Assembly: GCA_963798845.1 (NCBI GenBank)
Contig: CAWCUS010000001.1
Location: 567,850-631,849, forward strand
Direction of reading: 5' to 3'
DNA from: an uncultured Gemmatimonadales bacterium
GTDB lineage: Bacteria; Gemmatimonadota; Gemmatimonadetes; Longimicrobiales; RSA9
Length of the DNA stretch: 64,000 nt
Shown: positions 47,568 to 56,384 of the stretch, in pieces
How positions within the stretch are numbered: the first letter of the stretch is position 1
How the letters are laid out: each line of letters begins with the position of its first letter
Made by a program: the position numbers and the translations under genes
Notes under the pieces: model-generated
Databases searched by the model: none
Told to the model about the DNA's origin: nothing
What the model saw: only the letters and a program-made list of their open reading frames with translations

Positions 47568-48851
47568 ATGCCTGACACTGTGAAGAGCGTCATCACCTGC
47601 GATCTGGATGGCAAGATCGAGACGTTCAACGAAGGTGCGGAGCGGCTGTTCGGCTACTCGCCCGCGGAAGCCATCGGTCGGCTGCGCGTCTCCGCGTTCT
47701 CGCCCGGGGAGGTCGTGCTGGGCCACGTTGGGACGTGGCTGAAGACGGCCGTGACGGACGGCAAGTTCGAAGGCGACACCGTATTCGTCCGCAAGGATGG
47801 TTCGACCTTCCCGGCGCACATCCGGATCACACCCACATTCCGACAGGGCGAGCAGATCGGCTACTGTGGAGTCACGGTTCCCCTCGAGGGGGTGGAAGCC
47901 GCAGCGGTGGCGCCCGACATCGCTACCAGCACCCGCATCTTCAAGTGGCTCGTGATCCTGCGCGCGCCCTTCCTCACGGCGACGGTGACGGGCGTGCTGA
48001 CGGGCGGCGCCGCGGTCCTGGCCAGCACGGGAGCCGTGCCGTGGGGGCTCCTTCTCCTGACACTGCTCGGGACGTCGCTCCTCCACCTGTTCGCGAACAC
48101 CAGCAACGATTACTTCGATTGGGTGAGCGGGACGGATCAGGCCAACACCGAATACATCGTCCCGTTCACGGGCGGCAGCCGTTCCATCGAGCTCGGCCTC
48201 ATCACGCCTCGCGGGCTGCTGGCAGTCGCCGTGTCGCTCCTCGCGGCCGCCGCTGCGACGGGCGCCGTGCTGATGGTCCTGCAGCCATCGGCCGCGCCGG
48301 GGATCGGCGTCATCGGGATCATCGCGGCTGTCGCATCGCTATTTTACACCGCCCCGCCCCTCCGCCTCGCCGCCCGCAAGGGTCTCGGCGAAGTGTTCGT
48401 GGGGCTGCTGTTCGGTCCCCTCCTCACGCTCGGAACGGGCACCGTCCTGCGCGGTGCCATCGTCTGGACCGACGCGCTGTACGGTCTGGTCCCGGGCTTC
48501 CTCACCGCCGCGATCCTGTGGATCAACGAGTTCCCCGATATCGAAGGGGACCGCGCCGCCGGGAAGATGAACCTGGTCGCGGTCCTCGGCTGGGAAGCGG
48601 CCAGAGGCGGGTACATCGCCCTGGTGGGCGCTGCCGGCGTGGCCGTGGTCGGACTGGTCGCCGCAGGGCTCGCACCGGCGTCCGCTCTGGTCGGACTGCT
48701 GCCGGCGCCGCTGGCCGTGCGGGCCGCCCGCATCCTGTACTCCACCCGCACGCCGGCCGCCCTGAAGCCGGCCTGCGCGGCGACGATCCAGCTGCAGTTC
48801 CTGATGAGCGCGCTGTTCGCCGGCGGTCTGGCGGCGGGCATCCTGTTCTGA
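47568..48851 (+). CDS. PAS domain fused to UbiA-superfamily prenyltransferase (MenA-like)
   Basis: The N-terminal ~110 aa are PAS-like (ITCDLDGKIETFNEGAERLFGYSPAEAIGRLRVSAF...DTVFVRKDGSTFPAHIRITP). A polytopic domain follows, carrying the two Asp-rich prenyltransferase motifs (NTSNDYFDWVSGTD and EFPDIEGDRAAGKMN). Confidence 0.75.
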   Translation: MPDTVKSVITCDLDGKIETFNEGAERLFGYSPAEAIGRLRVSAFSPGEVVLGHVGTWLKTAVTDGKFEGDTVFVRKDGSTFPAHIRITPTFRQGEQIGYCGVTVPLEGVEAAAVAPDIATSTRIFKWLVILRAPFLTATVTGVLTGGAAVLASTGAVPWGLLLLTLLGTSLLHLFANTSNDYFDWVSGTDQANTEYIVPFTGGSRSIELGLITPRGLLAVAVSLLAAAAATGAVLMVLQPSAAPGIGVIGIIAAVASLFYTAPPLRLAARKGLGEVFVGLLFGPLLTLGTGTVLRGAIVWTDALYGLVPGFLTAAILWINEFPDIEGDRAAGKMNLVAVLGWEAARGGYIALVGAAGVAVVGLVAAGLAPASALVGLLPAPLAVRAARILYSTRTPAALKPACAATIQLQFLMSALFAGGLAAGILF

Positions 48852-48949
48852 GGCGCGGCCACGTCGCCATCCCAATGCTCCCGCACCTCGACCGGCGCGC
48901 GATGCGGCGTTAGTATTCCTTTGATTCAGCATCATCATGTGGAGCAGGC

Positions 48950-49771
48950 ATGAAGCGCATAGCATTCCTGGCCGTCATTCTCGCCGCGGGCGCCGCACCC
49001 CTTCACGCACAGCGGCTGGCGCCCTCGCGATTCGAGGCCGCCCTCCCCGCCCTCCCCGCCCTCGCCGCCGTGCCCGCCGTACCGGCTACCGCCGCTACCG
49101 CCGCGCCGGCGCTCGGGCGTGTGGCTGCGCCGGCAGCACACGTGGATCGCGCCGACGACGAGCAGAAGGAAGGCAGCTCCAACGGCCTGTTCTCGTTCCG
49201 CACACTGGCGCACGTCGTCGGTGGCGCCGTGGTGGGCGGCTGGGTCGGCTACGTCGGGGCCCAGGTAGCCCGCAGTGACTGGGACAAGGAGAGCAACAGC
49301 GCGCTGAGCGACCAGCGGTCGGCCTGGGTGGCGGGCGGGGCCGTGCTGGGGATCCTCGGCAGCCGTCTCATCGGGAGGACGAGCCCCCCGGTCCTCGGAC
49401 CGCTGCAGCCTCGGCCGCGTGCCGACCGCAACGTATTGACGACGGAGGAGATCCAGGCAGCGTCGGTCACCGACGCGTACGACCTCATCCTCAACCTTCG
49501 GAAGGACTGGCTGATTACCCGCGGGACGAACAGCTGGGCCGAGACCACGCGCGGCGAAATCGGGACCGGCGCCCCGCCGACTCTCACCCCGGGCCGCAGC
49601 CAGATCATCGTTTACCTCAATGGCGCGCGGATCGGCGGGGTCGATTCGCTTCGCGACGTGAACGCCCGCCTTCTGACGAGGGCGGAGTTCCTGGACGGCC
49701 GGCGGGCGACGCAACGCTTCGGCAGCGGGCACGCCCACGGCGCGATCCTCCTCTCGACGTCCGCGACCTAA
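48950..49771 (+). CDS. secreted/membrane protein: signal peptide, Ala/Pro linker, glycine-zipper segment, TonB-plug-like C-terminal domain
   Basis: The signal peptide is MKRIAFLAVILAAGAAPLHAQ. The glycine-zipper segment is GGAVVGGWVGYVGAQV...AGGAVLGILGSRLIG. The C-terminus (LTTEEIQAASVTDAYDLILNLRKDWL...IIVYLNGARIGGVDSLRDVNARLLTRAEFLDGRRATQRFGSGHAHGAILLST) follows the plug-domain pattern of TonB-dependent receptors. Confidence 0.65.
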   Translation: MKRIAFLAVILAAGAAPLHAQRLAPSRFEAALPALPALAAVPAVPATAATAAPALGRVAAPAAHVDRADDEQKEGSSNGLFSFRTLAHVVGGAVVGGWVGYVGAQVARSDWDKESNSALSDQRSAWVAGGAVLGILGSRLIGRTSPPVLGPLQPRPRADRNVLTTEEIQAASVTDAYDLILNLRKDWLITRGTNSWAETTRGEIGTGAPPTLTPGRSQIIVYLNGARIGGVDSLRDVNARLLTRAEFLDGRRATQRFGSGHAHGAILLSTSAT

Positions 49772-49934
49772 CGGTAGCGCGGGAACGGAGCGGCGGTCTG
49801 CCAATGACGGCCCCCTGGGTGGCTCCGGCCGCCCCGGGGGCCGGTTCGCGTCCGAGACGGCCATCTCGGGGGCATCCGGAATGCTTAATGCCGGAAGCGC
49901 CCCTGCACGCCACCTTCAGCACCGGGAGCCTGCC

Positions 49935-50762
49935 ATGTTCCGAGTCCCCGCCCTCACCCTCGTCGGCACTGCCCTGATCACCGCCGGTGCCGGCGCCCAG
50001 GCGGTCGCCGACCCGGGCACCGAAGGCCGCGGCCGACCCGCGATCCGGCGTCCCGCAGCCACGGGAACCCCGGCTTCGCTCCCGATCGGCGCCGCGCTGG
50101 AGCCGACGCTCGTTCCGGCGCCGCCGGTACCGCCGGCGCCTCAGGCGGAAGAGCGTGGGCCGCTCATTCAGCTGAGCTGGCGGGGCGTGGCGGAGACGCT
50201 GGGAGGCGCGCTCGTGGGCGGCTGGGTCGGCTACGTGAGCGCGCAGGTGGCCCACGGCGACTGGGACAAGGCGTCGAACTCGGCGTTGAAGCGACAGCGC
50301 TCGCTCTGGACCGCGGCGGGCGCGGTGCTCGGCGTCGTGGGGAGCCGCGTGGTGGGGGCGACCGGATCGCCGTCCGCCGGGCTGAGGTCGCCGGTGCAGT
50401 ACGACCACGAGCGAACCCGCCTGAGCACCGAGGAAATCCGGTCCTCGAAGTCCGAAACGGCATTCGCGCTGATCTCGACGTTGCGGCCGGAATGGCTGGT
50501 GACGCGCGGCACGAACAGCCCGACCGAGACGACGCACGGCAGCCTGGGCAACGGGGGTCAGCAGTACGTGCTCGCGGGCGCCGAGAAGATCGCCGTCTAC
50601 ATGAACGACATCGAGCTCGGTGGCGTGGCCAAGCTTCGCGACATCTCGACGGACCTGCTGACCGGCGCCCGCTTCCTCTCGGCGCGGGAAGCCACCTATC
50701 GGTACGGGATGGGCCACGCCTACGGCGTGATCCTGCTGCAGACCGGGTCGAGCGCCCCCTGA
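49935..50762 (+). CDS. paralog of 48950-49771 (glycine-zipper + plug-like domain protein)
   Basis: The start is MFRVPALTLVGTALITAGAGAQ. The protein shares GGALVGGWVGYVSAQVAHGDWDK, LSTEEIRSSKSETAFALISTLRPEWL and IAVYMNDIELGGVAKLRDISTDLLTGARFLSAREATYRYGMGHAYGVILLQT with its neighbour. Confidence 0.65.
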   Translation: MFRVPALTLVGTALITAGAGAQAVADPGTEGRGRPAIRRPAATGTPASLPIGAALEPTLVPAPPVPPAPQAEERGPLIQLSWRGVAETLGGALVGGWVGYVSAQVAHGDWDKASNSALKRQRSLWTAAGAVLGVVGSRVVGATGSPSAGLRSPVQYDHERTRLSTEEIRSSKSETAFALISTLRPEWLVTRGTNSPTETTHGSLGNGGQQYVLAGAEKIAVYMNDIELGGVAKLRDISTDLLTGARFLSAREATYRYGMGHAYGVILLQTGSSAP

Positions 50763-50768
50763 CCGGCG

Positions 50769-50824
50769 ACGCCGTGACCCGCACGCCGTGACCCGCACGC
50801 CGTGACCCGCACGCCGTGACCCGC
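50769..50824. repeat. perfect 14-nt tandem repeat x4 (ACGCCGTGACCCGC)
   Basis: There are four identical head-to-tail copies starting 7 nt after the stop codon at 50762. Confidence 0.9.
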
Positions 50825-50950
50825 GACCCCACCATCCGCTGACCGCCGGAGCAACCGCACCGTCGCGCCTTCTCGTACGCGCGCGCGCGCGTGTGGAACG
50901 GTCGTTGCACTTCTATGCCTTCACTGGAGACCGTCACCAAATGGAGGCGC

Positions 50951-52654
50951 ATGGCAGCAGCACGCCTGGCGGGAGTCGTCCTGGCCCTCGGGGCCGCGGT
51001 CAGTACCGCGTGCGGCGAGCGGCCGGATGGCAGGGCCCGGGTGGTCGCCGTGCTGACGGGCGCTCACGCCCCCGCCACGGACGCCGCGGGTGCTCCGGCT
51101 GCGCTCGACTCTCCGGCCGTCCCCCTTCCCGACCCGCTGGACGACCCCGTCCTCCGCCTCGCCGGGGGAGACACTGTCCATGTGCACGCCGAAGTCGCCG
51201 GGTTCTACCGCGACCGTCGCTACGCCCCGGTGTGGACCGACGGTTCCGGCGTGCGCCGAGAGGGCGAGGACCTCGTGGCGGCCCTTTCCGGCGCCGCGGC
51301 CGACGGTCTCGACCCTTCACGCTACCGGGTGCTGACCGCGGCGAGGCTGCGCCAGCGGGTGGATGAAGCGGAGGACGATGGCGACCGGTCCGCGGTGCTC
51401 GGCGACCTCGACCTGCTGCTCAGCGAGAGCTTCGTCCGGCTTGCCCAGGACCTGGTGCGCGGCACGATCGACCCCCGGCGGGCCGGACTCGAGTGGCAGA
51501 TCGATCCCGGCGACGCGCCTCTGGGCGAGCTCCTCGCCAGCGCCGCGGCCACGGGCCCTCGGACCGTTCTCGAGGGACTCCGGCCTCGCGCCCCCGAGTA
51601 CGCTCGCATGCGCGCTGCCCTGGCCCGGCTCCGCCAGGCGTCGGCGGCCGGGGGTTGGGGGACGGTGTCGGCCGGATCGCCGCTCTCCGTCGGGGACCGG
51701 GACCCCCGCGTCGGCGAGCTGCGACGTCGCCTGATCGCGGGGCTGGACCCGACGGAGCGGCAGCTGGCAGAGCGGAGCCAGCGCGATCCGTACCGCTTCG
51801 ACCCTGCCCTCGGGCGCGCGCTGCGGCACTTCCAGGAGCGCCACACCCTGTACGAGGACGGGGCGCTGGGACCGAACACCACGAAGGCGCTGAACGTCCC
51901 GGTCGCGCAGCGGATCGACGCGCTGCGCCTGAACCTCGACCGATGGCGCTGGCTGCCGTCGGATCTGGGCGACACCTACCTGCTGGTGAACGTGGCCGGC
52001 TTCGAGCTCGAAGTGGTGCGCGGGGATTCCGTCGTGCAGTCCATGGACGTGGTGGTGGGGCGCACGGCGGACCGCACCCCGATCTTCGAGGACACGCTCG
52101 AGTCCATGGTGGTGAACCCGTACTGGAACGTCCCGCCACGCATCGCCGAGGAAGAGATCCTGCCGGAGATGGAGGACGATCCGCTGTACCTGGAGCGGAA
52201 CCACTTCGAGGTGGACGAGCGCGACGGGGAGATGCGCATCCGACAGACGCCGGGGCCGTGGAACGCGCTGGGGCACGTGAAGTTCCTGTTCCCGAACAAC
52301 CACGACATCTATCTGCACGACACGCCGGCGGACCACCTGTTCAGCCAGGAGACGCGGGCGTTCAGCCACGGCTGCATCCGGCTCCAGCACCCGGACTCCC
52401 TCGCCCGCACGCTCCTGTCGATGCTCACGGACCGGCCGGCTTCCGACTACGACAGGCTCCGCCGTTCCGGGCGGGAGGAGTGGGTCCGGTTCGACCGCAA
52501 GATCCCGGTCTACATCGTCTACTTCACGGCCTGGGTCGGCGACCACGGCGAGATCCGCTTCCACCCCGACATCTATTCGCGCGATCGCACGCTCGCCCGC
52601 GAGCAGATGGCGAAGCTGGGCACGGCGGAGGGGGGTGCCCCAGCCGGGGGATGA
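50951..52654 (+). CDS. L,D-transpeptidase with peptidoglycan-binding domain (YcbB/LdtD-like)
   Basis: A lipoprotein-like start is present (MAAARLAGVVLALGAAVSTAC). A PG_binding_1-like segment follows (LRHFQERHTLYEDGALGPNTTKAL). The YkuD catalytic region is VNVAGFELEV...NPYWNVPP...IYLHDTP...SHGCIRL. Confidence 0.8.
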   Translation: MAAARLAGVVLALGAAVSTACGERPDGRARVVAVLTGAHAPATDAAGAPAALDSPAVPLPDPLDDPVLRLAGGDTVHVHAEVAGFYRDRRYAPVWTDGSGVRREGEDLVAALSGAAADGLDPSRYRVLTAARLRQRVDEAEDDGDRSAVLGDLDLLLSESFVRLAQDLVRGTIDPRRAGLEWQIDPGDAPLGELLASAAATGPRTVLEGLRPRAPEYARMRAALARLRQASAAGGWGTVSAGSPLSVGDRDPRVGELRRRLIAGLDPTERQLAERSQRDPYRFDPALGRALRHFQERHTLYEDGALGPNTTKALNVPVAQRIDALRLNLDRWRWLPSDLGDTYLLVNVAGFELEVVRGDSVVQSMDVVVGRTADRTPIFEDTLESMVVNPYWNVPPRIAEEEILPEMEDDPLYLERNHFEVDERDGEMRIRQTPGPWNALGHVKFLFPNNHDIYLHDTPADHLFSQETRAFSHGCIRLQHPDSLARTLLSMLTDRPASDYDRLRRSGREEWVRFDRKIPVYIVYFTAWVGDHGEIRFHPDIYSRDRTLAREQMAKLGTAEGGAPAGG

Positions 52655-52726
52655 GCCGGCACACGCACGGTCCTTGCGCCCCTGCGGCCGGAGCCCGCGG
52701 GTGACGAAACGGACGGGAGGAGCTGC

Positions 52727-55063
52727 ATGGCGGAGGCGACGGAGGAACAGCGGGGCGTACGGCTGCAGGTGGCGGGGTCGAAGGTGAAGGACTCCGGCAA
52801 GGGAGTGGCCCGGGTCAGCCGCCAGGCGCTGGATGCGCTGGGTCTACGGGACGGCGACGTGATCGAGGTCGTCGGCAAGCGCTCCACGGCCGCCATCGCG
52901 CTGCCACCCTATCCGGAGGACGAGGGGCTGGACCTGGTCCGGCTCGACGGGCTCCAGCGCGCCAACGCCGATGTCGGCATGGGCGATCACGTGGAGGTCC
53001 GGAAGGCCGACCCGAAGCCGGCCGCCCGCATCCAGCTGGCGCCAGCCCAGCAGAACGTCCGGCTCCGGGGCTCCGGCGAGCTCCTGAAACGCACGCTCTA
53101 CCAGCGCCCCCTCACCGCCGGCGACGTCGTCTCCACTTCCAGCTACCGGCGCACCTCCGCCGGGGTCCCGGACGGAGACCCGGAAGACCTCTTTCGCACC
53201 TTCTTCCAGCAACCGTCGTATGCCCTGCAGGAGATCCGGCTGGTGGTGGTGGCCACGAAGCCGCGCGGGATTGTCCGCGTGGCCGAGGAAACCGAGCTGG
53301 AGCTGCTGCCGCAGTACACCGAGCCGGAGACGCGGCGCGCGGACGTCACGTACGACGACGTCGGCGGGATCGGCTCCACGATCGAGCAGGTCCGGGAAAT
53401 GATCGAGCTGCCGCTCAAGCACCCGGAGCTGTTCCAGCGCCTGGGCATCGATCCCCCGAAGGGCGTGCTCCTTCACGGCCCGCCCGGGACCGGCAAGACG
53501 CTCCTCGCCCGCGCCGTGGCCAACGAGGCGGACGCCCGCTTTCTTGCCATCGCCGGGCCGGAGATCATGGGCAAGCACTACGGCGAGTCGGAGGAGCGGC
53601 TGCGCCAGATCTTCGAGGAGGCGGCGCAGGACGCCCCCTCCATCATCTTCATCGACGAGCTGGACTCCATCGCGCCGAAGCGGTCGGAGGTCACCGGCGA
53701 GGTGGAGCGGCGAATCGTCGCCCAGCTGCTCACGCTCATGGACGGGCTCAACCCTCGCCAGAACGTGGTGGTCATCGCCACCACCAACCGCCTGGACGCC
53801 ATCGATGAGGCGCTCCGCCGACCCGGCCGCTTCGACCGTGAGATCGTGGTGGGTGTCCCGGATTTCCAGGGGCGCCGCGAGATCCTCGAAATCCACGCGC
53901 GCGGCATGCCCCTCTCCGACGACGTCAACCTGGACGAGCTGGCGCGCACCACGTACGGCTTCGTCGGCGCCGACCTCTCCGCCCTGGCCCGGGAGGCGGC
54001 CATCGACGCTCTCCGCCGCAACCTCCCCGAGATCGACCTCGAGGAGCCCGAGATTGCGCCGGAGGTGCTGGAGCGGATCCGCGTCACCCCCGACGACTTC
54101 GCCAACGCCCTGAAGCGCGTGCAGCCATCGGCCATGCGGGAGATCATGATCCAGGTCCCCGACGTGCGCTGGGGCGACATCGGCGGGCTCGACAGGCCGA
54201 AGCGCATGCTCCAGGAGGGCGTCGAGCTGCCGCTCCGGCGCCCGGAAGCATTCCGCCGGCTGGGAATCCGCCCGGCCAAGGGTTTCCTTCTCTACGGGCC
54301 GCCTGGGACCGGGAAGACGCTCATCGCGAAGGCGGTGGCCCGGGAGGCCGAGGCGAACTTCATCGCCACCAAGTCGTCGGACCTGCTGTCGAAGTGGTAC
54401 GGCGAGTCGGAGCAGCAGGTGTCGAGGCTCTTCGCCCGCGCGCGGCAGGTGGCGCCCACCGTCATCTTCATCGACGAGATCGACTCGCTGGCTCCGCAGC
54501 GGGGCGGCGGCCTGGGCGAGCCCGCGGTCACCGAGCGGGTGGTGAACACGCTGCTTGCCGAGCTGGACGGGCTGGAGGAGCTCCAGGGGGTGGTGGTCAT
54601 CGGGGCGACGAATCGCCCCACTCTCCTGGATCCGGCGCTCCTTCGCCCCGGGCGCTTCGACGAGCTGGTCTACATCCCTGTCCCCGACCGCGCGGCGAGG
54701 GAGACGATCCTCTCCATCCAGACGCGTGGGATGCCGCTGGGCGACGACGTCGACCTGGGATCCATCGCGTCGCGCACCGAGCGCTACACTGGCGCTGACC
54801 TGGCCGACCTGGTGCGCCGGGCCGGGCTCCAGGCGCTCCGGGAGGACGTGGATACGGACGTGGTGCCGATGCGCTTCTTCGAAGCGGGGCTCGAGGAGAC
54901 GCGAGCATCGGTCACGCCGGACATGGAGCGGGAGTACGAGCAGATGCGGGAGCGGCTCAAGGAGGAGAGTCCGCTGGGAACCGGCCGGATCGGCTTCCAG
55001 GTGCAGGAGCAGGAGCGGCGGGAGGAGCAACCGCTCGCCGCCCGTCATGTCCCCGTCGATTGA
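52727..55063 (+). CDS. Cdc48/VCP/p97-like double AAA+ ATPase
   Basis: The N domain is Cdc48-like (LQVAGSKVKDSGKGVARVSRQALDALGLRDGDVIEVVG...VRLDGLQRANADVGMGDHVEV). There are two AAA modules, each with GPPGTGKTL(L/I)A(R/K)AVA. Walker B motifs (IIFIDELD, VIFIDEID) and RPGRFD second-region-of-homology motifs are present. Confidence 0.85.
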   Translation: MAEATEEQRGVRLQVAGSKVKDSGKGVARVSRQALDALGLRDGDVIEVVGKRSTAAIALPPYPEDEGLDLVRLDGLQRANADVGMGDHVEVRKADPKPAARIQLAPAQQNVRLRGSGELLKRTLYQRPLTAGDVVSTSSYRRTSAGVPDGDPEDLFRTFFQQPSYALQEIRLVVVATKPRGIVRVAEETELELLPQYTEPETRRADVTYDDVGGIGSTIEQVREMIELPLKHPELFQRLGIDPPKGVLLHGPPGTGKTLLARAVANEADARFLAIAGPEIMGKHYGESEERLRQIFEEAAQDAPSIIFIDELDSIAPKRSEVTGEVERRIVAQLLTLMDGLNPRQNVVVIATTNRLDAIDEALRRPGRFDREIVVGVPDFQGRREILEIHARGMPLSDDVNLDELARTTYGFVGADLSALAREAAIDALRRNLPEIDLEEPEIAPEVLERIRVTPDDFANALKRVQPSAMREIMIQVPDVRWGDIGGLDRPKRMLQEGVELPLRRPEAFRRLGIRPAKGFLLYGPPGTGKTLIAKAVAREAEANFIATKSSDLLSKWYGESEQQVSRLFARARQVAPTVIFIDEIDSLAPQRGGGLGEPAVTERVVNTLLAELDGLEELQGVVVIGATNRPTLLDPALLRPGRFDELVYIPVPDRAARETILSIQTRGMPLGDDVDLGSIASRTERYTGADLADLVRRAGLQALREDVDTDVVPMRFFEAGLEETRASVTPDMEREYEQMRERLKEESPLGTGRIGFQVQEQERREEQPLAARHVPVD

Positions 55064-55076
55064 GGGAGCGACCGAC

Positions 55077-56384
55077 TCAGCGGGTGTCCGCGAGCACGCG
55101 CGCTGCCGCCCGCCGTCCCGAGGCGAACGCGCCCTCCACCGTACCCATTTCCTCGGCCACGGCGTCCCCGGCGAAGTGGAGCGTGCCGTCCACGGGCGCC
55201 GCCAGGCGGCGTGCCGCGTCCGCGTGCCCGACCAGCGCGTAGGGGTACGCGCCGCCCGCGAAAGGGTCCGCGCTCCAGTCGTGCTGGCCCGCTTCCACGA
55301 GGGACTCCCTGATGACGTCGACCCCCAGGCCCAGCATCGCCGCCAGCTGCGCCAGCGCCGCCTCCACTCTCGCGTTCGCGGACAATGCGAGCAGGTTCCT
55401 GGCCATGGGACCCCCCGCCCACGCCACCAGCGTCGGCGCTTCCAGGCAGGCCGGGGTCCACCAGACCCGGAACGGGCCGTCGTCTGGCTCCCCTTCCAGG
55501 AAGAACGGGCGCTCGGCGCCAATGACCTCCAGCCAGAAGGGTCGGGCGAAGCGTAGGGCTACCTTGCACACCGCCCCTGTGCGGATGCCTCGCAAGGCGG
55601 CCACCGTGGATTCGGGGAGCGGGTTGACATCGAGGCCCCCGGCCGTCACGAGCGGGACCGGGACAGTGATCACGACCTGGCGCGCCACCAGCTCCGCCGG
55701 GCCGCCGGGAGTTTCCACCCCGACGGTCGCCGGGCCCGGGCGCCATCGGATCCTTTGCACGCGGTGTCGGAGCCGGAGCGTGTCGGAGGGGAGATCGCGG
55801 GCCAGGATCTCCGGAAGCCGGGACAGGCCCTGGAGGGCGCGAACCTGCGCACCGCCGCCGCCACCCTCGCCCGTCCCCTCCACCTCGCCTACCCAGATCG
55901 CGCTGACTTCGTCGGCGGGTGCAGCGTGGTACCCTTCGACGTAAGCTCGAATGCCGGATGACGTTTCCGGCGGGAGATCGGCCCGCTCGAGCGCCCGCGC
56001 CAGCGACAGGTCCGGCTCGCCAGGGCGCGGAAGGATTTCAGCAAGCCGGCCGAGAGCGGATTCCCAACCGGAGCCGCCAACCTGCCCACCGCTCACGCGA
56101 ATCCGCTCCCCTTCCGTCGGCGCGAGGGCGACGCCGTGGTCACGCAGCAGTTCTGCCACGGCGCCCGAGCGGGGCAGGAACTCCGGGCCGAGCTCCAGCG
56201 GCGGCAGGCCCGGACGCGTCTGGATGCGGCCGCCCGGTCGGTCGCGGGCCTCGAGCACGGCGACCGACGCGCCGCCCGCCCACAAGTCCCGCGCCGCGGC
56301 AAGTCCCGCCACTCCCCCGCCCACGATGACCACGTCCAACTCGTTCACGCTCGGCCCCTTCCCGCCAGCGAGGCGTCCACCCAT
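55077..56384 (-). CDS. FAD-dependent amine oxidase family oxidoreductase
   Basis: The dinucleotide-binding N-terminus is DVVIVGGGVAGLAAARDLWAGGASVAVLEARDRPGGRI. The C-terminus (HFAGDAVAEEMGTVEGAFASGRRAA) is typical of flavin amine oxidases. Confidence 0.8.
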   Translation of the reverse strand: MGGRLAGGKGPSVNELDVVIVGGGVAGLAAARDLWAGGASVAVLEARDRPGGRIQTRPGLPPLELGPEFLPRSGAVAELLRDHGVALAPTEGERIRVSGGQVGGSGWESALGRLAEILPRPGEPDLSLARALERADLPPETSSGIRAYVEGYHAAPADEVSAIWVGEVEGTGEGGGGGAQVRALQGLSRLPEILARDLPSDTLRLRHRVQRIRWRPGPATVGVETPGGPAELVARQVVITVPVPLVTAGGLDVNPLPESTVAALRGIRTGAVCKVALRFARPFWLEVIGAERPFFLEGEPDDGPFRVWWTPACLEAPTLVAWAGGPMARNLLALSANARVEAALAQLAAMLGLGVDVIRESLVEAGQHDWSADPFAGGAYPYALVGHADAARRLAAPVDGTLHFAGDAVAEEMGTVEGAFASGRRAAARVLADTR

